A stretch of DNA of 64,000 nucleotides, from assembly GCF_009914755.1 (NCBI RefSeq), contig NC_060929.1. The stretch is one strand, 5' to 3'. Origin of the DNA: the human T2T-CHM13v2.0 reference genome, Homo sapiens. Positions 54,068 to 64,000 of the stretch are shown one piece after another. Position numbers and translations under genes: made by a program. The notes under the pieces are model-generated. The model saw only the letters and a program-made list of their open reading frames with translations. It ran no database searches and was not told the origin of the DNA. How positions within the stretch are numbered: the first letter of the stretch is position 1; every line of letters begins with the position of its first letter.

Positions 54068-54629
54068 TTTCCTTAGCATACCCTGAATACTCCCTGCCCA
54101 TTTCCCATTTTTGAAGCTTTGCTCATGCGGAACTCAGCTTCTGGCCTACCTCCATCTAGTCCATTTACATCAATTTAGCCTTAAAGTTCCAATTAAATCC
54201 CATTGTATGACCCCTCTGCCTTTGTCAATTCGCTCTAGGCCACAAGAGTCTTTTAGTATTCAGGGTTCATATAAAAACAAATTAGACACTAATCGAATAT
54301 TGATAAAAATTTCTAACACATTGTATGTGTACATTTATTCTACTGAATGAGCTTGTAAGGGAAGGGAAAATATCATATGCTTCTGCCTATCTTCTGAATG
54401 AAAGTACTGTGAAATATGAATAGTAGAAAAAGATAAAATAAGAAGTAATTGCTCTTACCCCATTCTTAGTAGGACTGACAATTTAATCAGAAAAGAGGAA
54501 GTTCTTTATATATAGCCCAGATATTCCTTGTGACTTTTTAATAAATAACAGCTCTAAATTCACCAACACTATTTTCTATATTAAAAACCTTACAAGGTCC
54601 CTTTAAAAATTAGCAGGAAGCTGCTAGAG

Positions 54630-55130
54630 AGAGCAGAGGTTGCTGCACCCTTGCAGTAGGGAAATGAAGCAGTTTTGTGTTGTGGCACAAGTCTTATGCA
54701 AGGTGCATCCCCTTTCACCCAGGAATTCCACTTTGAGAAACTTACTCTATAGAATTACAACTGTGTTTAAAAAACAATGTCCATGGAAGTTATGTTTAAA
54801 ATGAAGAAAATATGGAAAGAACCTAAAATATCCTCAGTATAAAATTGGTTAAATAAAATGCAATGCATCCATTTAAATTAAGGTCATAAAGGAATACCTA
54901 ACAACATGGAAGAATATTTGTGGTATCTTATTAGTGTAAGTAGCTGTTTATATGAAAACATTATATAGTGTTCTAATATTTTGCAAAAATATAAATGTAT
55001 ACTTGTTCACAGAAAATTGATGAAATGGCTATGCAAAGATGATAACTACTGTTTTGAGGAATTATGGATGAGAATTTTTCTTTTTGTCATATCCTGTATA
55101 TTCCAAATCTATAAATTTTTATATCCTGCA
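54630..55130 (+). mobile_element. L1ME-like 3' fragment
   Basis: ccctttcacccaggaattccactttgagaa...tggaaagaacctaaaatatcc...ttggttaaataaaatg. Confidence 0.7.
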
Positions 55131-56827
55131 TTGATACTAACCCTATTTTTAAAGGAATTCCATTGAAGAAAATATAAATGAACTGAAGTGAAATTTTTCT
55201 ATATTTCTAGTTCCATAGCTCTCCAGTTAATAATATTATTTGGCAGGAATCAAAGTGGTGAAATAAAATTGATATAATTCAGACATTGAATTGATCTAAA
55301 CGTAATTTTAAAATTTTGAATAACTGAACTAACCTTCTTTAATGAGATGATTTAATATATGTCTAGAAAAAGTGACAGAAGATCAGGAAATATATAAGGA
55401 GGTGTCAAAGAAGAGCATAGTATTCCTCTATCTAAACTGTTACTTGGGAAATTAAACATCAAAAATTCCCACATGAGAACTGATTTAAGATAGAAAGTCC
55501 CAGCATTGTGATTGGTATAGTCAATCCTTCTTCCCTGTTTTATTGATACTTTTTGTTTTACAGAGCAGATAGATAAAAAGTAAAAGCAAATAGGATAAGA
55601 CAGGTCATAGACACTATAACAAATGTAGTTTATGTTAATATTTTATGTGAATTCAACTTGTCTTGTTAACACATTAACAAAACTAAAGATGATAGCGAAA
55701 AGAAAACAAGCAATGTTCTTCCTCTAATACCTAATTGTGTGGTCTGTACTTCATGGATGCCCAATAAATTCTAATGGCTGACTTTACATTGAATGTTTCC
55801 TTATTTGCAGGACAAAGCAATGTAGGTAAGGTAAGCCAAACAGATGGGTAGGGACAACTACACCTATTCCAGAAATAAACACAGTGGAGCTTTTTCTTGG
55901 GGTTGCAAAGATAAAGGCCTAGAAGAAGATCAAGCCAAACAGAAAACTATGAAAATCTGCTCATTGGGTTTCGGTAATTAGGAAGAAAGCTTGAAGAGAG
56001 AGACAAATTTGCTCTTCTGGGAGAATCCACACTCTTTCCAGCTGTTGCTAGATCATCAAACTGACATGCAGTTCTATGAATATCTGAGAAGGTCATTCTA
56101 ACAAGATCCTGAAGGACAGGGTCTTGGATCCAGAAATAATACAGACATTTTTCTTTGAGGCATTTACCAGATAGACACATTATTCCAAAATCAAGAATCA
56201 GTAAGAGTGATTTACACAAAACTGAGTGAAAATTTTTATAACAAACAAACAAAAAAGAAAGAAAGAAAAAAAGAGAAAAGCATAGCACTAAAAAAGAAAA
56301 TCTGCTTTGGGAAAACATTTACTAAGGAAGCAAATTTCCTATAGCATCTGTTTGTACTGTCTTTTAAATCCAAGAGCATATTTGCTCTCCAAAATAAAAA
56401 TGAACCATAAAATATAAAAAAGCAACTGGCTGAAGGGCAGGGAGAATTTTTTGAAAAAAGAGCTAAGTAAAATAGGGCAAGAATATAAGGAAACTGTTGA
56501 TTCTGGAGCAGAACCAAAAATTGCAAAAGGTATTGAAAGAGAAAACTACACTGAAATAGAAGAAAAATTTGAGAATGTAGAGAAACCTGATTCATTATCA
56601 ACTACATTCTATGCTTAAGGCAGTATATGATTTTTTTCATTAATGAACCTATTAATTTTGACAGCTTCATAAAGGAAACACTATTATTATATCCAATAAT
56701 AAGAGAAAACTGAGCTTCAGAAAAAACAATAACAGAGCATATGGTAGACTGACATTGATGTGGCTTTCTTCTACTAAATACTTAGAAATGCTTAATAAAA
56801 AACAAATCTTTAAATGAAATAAAAGTA

Positions 56828-57017
56828 GGCCTGGTGCAGTGGCTTATGCCTGTAATCCCAATACTTGGGAGGCCAAGGCAGGTGGATCACTTGATGTCAG
56901 GAGTTCAAGACCAGCCTGACCAACATGGTGAAACCTCACCTCTACTAAAAATCCAAAAATTAGCCAGGTGTGGTGGCAGTTGCCTGTAATCCCAGCTACT
57001 CAGGAAGCTGAGGCAGG
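56828..57017 (+). mobile_element. AluS, 3'-truncated, no tail
   Basis: Left arm, linker and start of the right arm; ends at gctgaggcagg. Confidence 0.95.
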
Positions 57018-57322
57018 GTGAAGGAATTGAGACCCATATATACATTATAGCACCTTGTTAACTAATCTAGGAAAAATGGCCAGGGTGCCAGGTGCCAACA
57101 AGGCCATTTGTGGGGCGGCGGGGGGAGCTACAAAAATCATAATAACTCGACACAGACCAAATGTGGCTGTGGGATATTAGCTTAAACCATCTGCATTGTC
57201 TAGAAATCCTAACATAAGAAATTAAAATAAAAACATTTGAATCCTCTGAATTTCTATCAGTATCCACTATAAAACCTTTTTGTGAGGCCACTCCTACAGA
57301 CAAGCCTCATAGGACAACCACA

Positions 57323-57485
57323 TAGTGTTGCCAGATAATATACAAGGTGCCCAGTAATATTTAAATTGTAGAGAAATAATGGATAAATATATTCCAATAT
57401 TAACTATTGAAAGAGTAAACTACACTAAGATAAAAGACAAACTTATATGTGACATAATTGTACTAAAAAAACAAATTGTCTAAAC
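57323..57485 (+). mobile_element. MER53-like hAT fragment
   Basis: tgttgccagataatatacaaggtgcccagtaatatttaaatt. Confidence 0.55.
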
Positions 57486-57804
57486 AAGAAGAAATAAAAG
57501 GTATAAAAATATTATAAAGGAAAAAATAAAACTTTTTTGCAGAAAACATACCCAGAATTTTTGTTTTAATTCATTAGGATTTGTCAGTTTGTTACCACAA
57601 CATAATTTAATCTATTAAAAATAATACACAATATCAAGATGCTATTTAGAAATATGGAAGTTTTCCATATTTGTGAGAAAAGCTAAGAACAAGCCAAAAT
57701 AATTTTGTTTGAAGATTGGGATTTGGGAGCAAAAGAGGTAGAAGAATGAATTTTGTTTTGTATTATATGGTGTTGTATGTCGATTACTAGCCGTTTTGTT
57801 TTGT

Positions 57805-58842
57805 TGTAAGACAATCATCTATTGATAATTCATATTTCAACTCATCTCACAAGGAAGACACTGGCTAACCTTAGTTGCAAACTGTGGTAAGTGAGAAGGA
57901 ATTTCTTTTCTCACACATTGCTAGGTTCATGTCTGAGACTCCTCAAGCAAAAGACAGACTAACAAGAGAAAAGGATACCAATTTATTTAATATAATTTTA
58001 CAAGACATGGGAGTCTTCAGAAATGAAGAATCAAAGAAACAGGGAAACCTGTGTATTTTTATGCTTAGTTTTGATGAATAGTTGACAGTAAGGCATGAGT
58101 ATGATTGGACAAAGAGGATATAATCTAATAGTAATAAACTGGGGGGAAACTTAGCAAGACAGGTTTGTTCAGATTCTTCTCTATGTCTCTGTGTCTTCAG
58201 AGACAAGAACATTCCTTTTCTTTGAGTATAGAGAGGGTATCTCTTACATGAGGATCTTAGGACCTATTAATACATTAGAGGAAGATCAGATAATTATTTT
58301 TTGACCTGCTTCAGGGAAGAAGGGTGGGAGAAGGTCAGAGGGAGCTTCCTGCTTCAGCTGTTTTGTTAAATGCCAATGTGCCATATTTTGGGGTAGCAAG
58401 TCCCATAACTATCTTTAAAAAATTTTTGTGTAACAAATAGCCTTGGCATAAAGAGATAGTATTTCCCCTATATAGGGCAGGTTTTCTTATAGTCTTGGAA
58501 GATGCAATGTCTTCCTTATAGGCCTGCTTATTGCCCATTATAAAGACTCATATTCTCTTATATGGACTATAACTTTCAGAGAAGTTTTTTTCCTGTAATG
58601 CAACCACCTGCATTTACAGGTACCATCTCCCTCTCTCTGTTTTGCCCTGTGGGAATTGAGGATCTATTAAGTAGCACAAAAATAATTCTGGGACTCTGGC
58701 TACTGCTATTGCTATGAGTAATATATTGTTCATCTCTGACCCAGAAGTCTGGAATCTTCTACCAGCATCCATGAAACTGTGCTGGGCTAACTTGATAGTT
58801 TGTATGTAGGGTAAAATATCAGATCTTTCAAAGTCCTTTATA
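57805..58842 (+). mobile_element. Old ERV1 LTR (MER90/MER110-like), split by another LTR
   Basis: actctggctactgctattgctatgagtaat...ctctgacccagaagtct...cagcatccatgaaactgtg...gtagggtaaaatatcaga. Confidence 0.6.
57883..58405 (-). mobile_element. ERV1 solo LTR (MER31/MER67-like)
   Basis: Homologous to 33872-34362; ends aaatgccaatgtgccatattttggggtagc; probable TSD aaac/taac. Confidence 0.8.
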
Positions 58843-59063
58843 TCCTTATAATACTTTTATTAAGATTTTTATACATTTTTAAATTTAAAAGGTTAAAGTG
58901 AAAGGTAAAATGTGAGAATTTATCTATCTCAGTTCAATAGAGACTTTCTATGGATAAAAAATAAAGGAAAGGCAAATTGAAAATAGACTGCTTTCATTAC
59001 ATAATATTTTTAACTAGCATGCATTACCAAATACCGTCAACAAAATTAAGAAACTTGAGACAG

Positions 59064-59348
59064 AGCCCAGCACGTTGGTTCATACCTGTAATCCTAGTGC
59101 TTTGGGAGGCTAAGGTGGGAGGATCACTTGAGACCAGGAGTTGGAGACTACCCTGGGCAACACAGCAAGACCTCATCTTTACAAAAAAATTTAAAAATTA
59201 GCTTGGCATGGTGGCACATACCACATGTAGTCCTATCTACTTGGGTGGCTGAGGAGGGAGGATTGATTGAGCTCAGGAGTTCAAGGCAGCGGTGAGCTAT
59301 GATTGTGCCACTGCACTCCAGCCTGGGCAACAGACACTGTCTCAAAAA
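59064..59348 (+). mobile_element. AluJ-like element
   Basis: ggtgggaggatcacttgagaccaggag...ggagttcaaggcagcggtgagctatgattgtgccactgcac. Confidence 0.95.
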
Positions 59349-59490
59349 GAAGAAAGAAAAAAGGAAAGAGAGAGAGAGAGAGAGACAGAAAGGAAGGAGG
59401 GAGGAAAGGGAAAGAAGGAAGGAAGGAAGGAAAGAAGGAAGGAAGGAAGGAAGAAATGAAGGAAGGGAGGGAGGGAAGGAGGGAGGGAGA
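59344..59490 (+). repeat. Polypurine (GA)n/(GGAA)n/(GGGA)n tract at the Alu tail
   Basis: Read directly from the sequence. Confidence 0.95.
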
Positions 59491-60167
59491 CAAACTTGGA
59501 AAAAAATGAACTATTTGCAATATTTTTAAAATAGCACTTATTTAATATTTAAAGAGCACCTTCAAATACAATTTTTAAAGGATGAGTATAACTCATTAGA
59601 ACAAAGGAAGCAATACTAATAGACAATTACCTTGTGAAAAATATTCGGTCTATTTACAAATAAAATTATTTTAAATTTAAGATTATTGAGATGTTTTCTA
59701 TATAGTTGGTTAAAAAAGAAAAAGGAGTGAAAGAAAATAAATTATAAAAATGTCTTAAGAGAGTAGAAAAAATCCGTCATATTGTTAAAATTGGAAATAT
59801 TTATCGAAAGTCTTAAAAAACACCTTTACCTTTTGACTCAATGATTTCTGTTCTCAGAAATCATGTTAAAGAAATAAAGAAGAAAACAAGCAAAAAATTA
59901 CCTGCAAAAATCTAGGTATTAAAAGGTTAACTATAGTAACACCTCCTTAATATTTAACAATAAGAAATTTTTTCAAGAATATGCTACAGTCACAAAATCA
60001 TGTACACTTTAGGCATTATCATCCTATAAACTGATATTTTTGAAATGAAAAGTTACATACAGAATTGAGAAACATTTTTAATATTATATACAGAATGATT
60101 TCATTTGTCATAGCTATAAAGTCCCAAATAACATGTACCAGGTTGTAACAAACACACATTTTTTCTT

Positions 60168-60425
60168 TTCTCTCTCTCTTTTTTTTTTTTTTACTATACT
60201 TTAAGTTCTAGGGTACATGTGCACAATGTGCAGGTTTGTTACATATGTATACATGTGCCATGTTGGTGTGCTGCACCCATTAACTTATCATTTACATTAG
60301 GTATTTCTCTAATGCTATCCCTTCCCCATCCCCCCACCCCAAGACAGGCCCTGGTGTGTGATGTTCCCCTCCCTGTGTCCAAGTGATCTCATTGTTCAAT
60401 TCCCACCTATGAGTGAGAACATGCG
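60168..60425 (-). mobile_element. L1PA (about PA5-7), 5'-truncated 258-bp 3' end
   Basis: tatactttaagttctagggtacatgtgcacaatgtgcagg...cccacctatgagtgagaacatgcg; TSD caaacacacatttttt(t)ctt. Confidence 0.96.
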
Positions 60426-60549
60426 CAAACACACATTTTTTTCTTGAGTTACATGGTAATAACTTTTCACTAATATGTGTTTTCTGATTTATCCAAAATA
60501 ATGTCTATTACTTTTACTCCAAGAAAATATTTTATTTTTTAAACACAAA

Positions 60550-60960
60550 ACATAAACACGCTGATCCCTTTGGGGGTGTACCCGAAAAAGTTAATGAGAT
60601 GTGCACACTGATTTAAGTGTGTGAAGATCCATAAACATTTCATCTATCTGACAATAGGGGACTGATCAAATTGTGTAATAACCTCATAATGAAACCCAAA
60701 GCAGACATTAGGTACCATATTGTAGAAAAATATCATTATGTGGGAAACTGTTAATGACACATTAATAAAAGAAAATTATGAAGTAATATGCAGAGTATGA
60801 AGCTAATATTTTTAGTGTGCAACAGAAATATGCTAGAGGAAATATATCAAATAGGCACAGTATTTTTCCAATAAAATAACAAGTAATTTTAGTTTTCTTT
60901 TCTTTGAATTCCACATTTTCCAGATTCTCTACAATGAACATACCTTGCTTCATTTTATGT
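60550..60960 (+). mobile_element. Old L1M 3' fragment
   Basis: acaataggggactgatcaaa...tgggaaactgttaatga...ttccagattctctacaatgaacata. Confidence 0.55.
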
Positions 60961-61029
60961 TAATAATACTATTAACGGTCCAGCCCTGCAATAAAGAGAA
61001 CCAGAAGAAAGAGAGTAGATGTGGGAAGG

Positions 61030-61900
61030 AAAGCTAGGTAAAATATAGTGGGAAATGTTCAGGAGAATTTATTGAATTTGTTAATCTATTAACTGAAGAA
61101 AATGGAAGGAAGAAATGAAGAAATTGGTTTGGGTAAACAACATCATTATTTTTTAATTTGGGAATTCAGGGAAAGGAACTGACTTTAAAGACAAAATTTT
61201 ACACTTCTGGGGTTTTTTTCTTCCTAAGTTTTTGCAAAACATGTAGGTGGATGTGCCCAATGGACAGGAAAACCAGTACACAGCCATGTGATCAATCAGG
61301 TATAACTATAGATTTGGAAGCCAACAACATACTGGGTAGAGTTAAAATCACTGCATGCATACAATTACCTAGGAATAATGAAATATAAGAAAATAAGAAA
61401 GCATGGAAAAGCACCTTGAAGAGTCCCAACCAACAGTTACCAGGTAAGCTAAAGCTGGCATGGCAGATATGGCTGCACACTGGTCAAGAAGGTGAACTTT
61501 AGCCTCAACCAGACCTGAATGAAAATCTGTACCTCACCACCTGTGGCCTTTTGTGTGTTATTCAAACTCTCTAAGCTGCATTTTCTCATTTGTTAGGTAA
61601 TAATAACAATAATATCTGCCTCGTAGAGTTCCAGCATGTCTTCACTATGGCAGGAAGGCTCAATAAATGGTAGCTAATATTAATAGTAGGCCTTGTCCTC
61701 TTAGTGGTAGTAGATAAAAAGTAAAAAAAAATAAGGAACTATTAGAAAGGGATGAAACATCAGGAAAAAAAAAGTGATGTCTCGAAAGACAAAAAAGGGG
61801 AACTTCAAGCAATGGCAGTAATCAATGGAGTCAAATCCAAATAAGATGCAAACCAAATCCAATGGCATTGAAATTTACGAGGTCATTTGAGATGTTTGCC
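61030..61900 (-). mobile_element. L2 fragments flanking a MIR
   Basis: atagatttggaagccaacaacatactgg...gatgtctcgaaagac...gaggtcattt. Confidence 0.5.
61455..61690 (+). mobile_element. MIR
   Basis: cagacctgaatgaaaatct...ctctctaagctgcattttctcatttgt...gctcaataaatggtagcta. Confidence 0.7.
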
Positions 61901-64000
61901 AAAATAATTATATCTGATTTTTAGTCATATTTCCTTGAAAAAAAAAAAAACCCTTAACAAATGGTTACTACTATTTCTTGATGTTTCATTTTGTGATTCA
62001 TCCACTTTTAATTCATAAATAGTGGGAATTTTGTCAAGATAAAGTTAATAAATTACTAAAGTAAAAATTTGCCACTGAGCAACAATGAAAGAGTTAAGGT
62101 TTTACTTTGGGTTGTTGTGTTTCCTTTCTACCTAATATTTCTGGGTGCATGTCCCTCACAAAAGGACTTTACAATGGTTTCTGAAAGTCTTTCAGAGTTA
62201 CAAGCCAGAAACGTATTTGTCATAGAAATATTACTCTTAAAAATACTGATAGTGCCTCTGTTCTATCAATCTCTCCACAGGACTCACGGTGAGAAAGAGA
62301 GATGGGAAGAAATGTCTGTGTAGGAAACTTCTTTCTTTGAGGGTCTTGACTGGTTTTTCTTTCCTTTTTTAAAGGCAGCATAGTTGGAAGCACCTTTAGG
62401 TCTAAAAGGGATTGAGTGAGAGAAACACATCATGAAACCAGAGCAAATACTAAAATATTTAAGGTAGGATAGGAAAGTCCAAGGACTAAAATTAGATCAG
62501 CAAAAGCAAAATAACAAACAAACAAAAAGGGAATATTTGGGAGCACTGAGATTCAGCCAAGAGTTGGCGCTGCTGCTCAGTGAATGCCCCAGACAGTGTG
62601 CCCTGGCAGCAAGTTGCTGAGGCTGGGGCCCAGGAATGCCTGGTGCTGCTAACAAGTACGCTGTGCAAGCATCTTCAAAGTGAGAGAAAAGAAGGGCACT
62701 TCCGCGTGAGATGAGTTCTCCAAAGCCCTCATAGCTCTAGTCCTCACACTTTTCTGTCTTATTTGTCATTGGGGTTAGAGAGGGCTAGGAACTGAAAGCA
62801 GGACAGACAGACCAAACAGGCACACAAAAGTCCATTGTAAAAAGTATCATTTTCAAGCTGAGGCTGCATATAATACATTCATAGAACGGGAATACCAGCC
62901 TACTCATCATGGAAATGGTTATTTCATATTTAAGACCCTGAGAGAGTGTGAAAAGGGAATCCACATATGATTTACTTTTATTCCACACATTCTTAATTGA
63001 AGAGACAGAAAGATGCTGTTCTTTAAAAAGTAAATTGTCCAGCTTAGAGAATTCATCTGAAAAATAGCAGTCGTTTATATTAAAATCAGTGAAAAAAAAC
63101 TATGTTTCATATGACTGAGTATGACTGCTCCTTTTCAAACTCCAGATAAAGCAGTAGAAAGGCAATACTCTCAGGTCTTTGAACTTGAAGGCAGCTGTAA
63201 AACCAAAAGAAACAGAAATGGGCAGGGGAGGGGGACAAAGAGGGAAACATTGAGGGAAACCCATGAAGTGTGCAGAATATTATTCTGACTCCCACATCCT
63301 TGGTTGTTAAATAAATAAATTCTGTTTCCTGCCTAAAATTCGGCACACACTCTTACCTTACAAATTTCCTTGATTTTGCTCTATACTTTCTATTTCAAAT
63401 ATATTTCTGAATTTTAAATTTTGTGGATTAAGGAACACCTATCTTATTGCAATATATTGCAAGGATATTATCAGAAACTAACATGAGAAATGCAATTGTA
63501 TTTTTGCCACAATGGAACACTATTAGAGTGACACAGGACTTTTTTGCCACCTGTAAATGTCTCCTTTTTCTCTTTTTGTTGTCACTACATCCAAAATTTA
63601 TTTTTGAAATATATATTATTCATTATAAGAGCTTTTGAGTTCATATTTATTTATTAGTTGTATATATTGTTTTTCTATTTTTTTGGTGGAGGGAGTCTTT
63701 CTTAAAAAAAAATTTCTGATATGTCCTTTCTTCTAAACTGTTCTATTTTTTCCTAAAAGTAACCCCTTTATTGTGTTAATAATAAAAATCCAAAGAGCTT
63801 TATTCAAGGGTTTTAGACATTTTAAAAATCTGTTCTATTGTAATAAGAAACCTTGGAGACTCATTGAAATAGCAGCAAAGGCACAAGTTTCTTTTTATTA
63901 TGAAAGATGTTTATGTGAAGAACAAAATAGACAAGAGAAAGTAACTGCTTCAGAATACTTGATGGGCACTTTAATCTTCTATTAATATGCAAATTTTGTT

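Overview
This is AT-rich, CpG-depleted primate (human-like) genomic DNA, either intergenic or deep intronic. It is a mosaic of Alu, MIR, L1, L2, L3, MaLR/ERV LTRs and DNA-transposon fossils, with several nested insertions and readable target-site duplications. None of the supplied ORFs looks like a real protein, and I cannot name a gene, an RNA gene or a new biological system. The signals most worth checking are: (1) a ~3.3 kb domain (about 4.7-8.0 kb) that keeps many CpGs without being GC-rich and may hold a minus-strand first exon; (2) a MADE1 hairpin inside that domain with the same substitution in both arms; (3) a self-complementary minisatellite at 8.46-8.67 kb; (4) a few splice-site-bounded candidate exons and microexons; (5) several template-switch-like micro-rearrangements inside repeats. 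Repeat families were recognised by eye from remembered consensus sequences, so old-element boundaries and subfamily labels are approximate.
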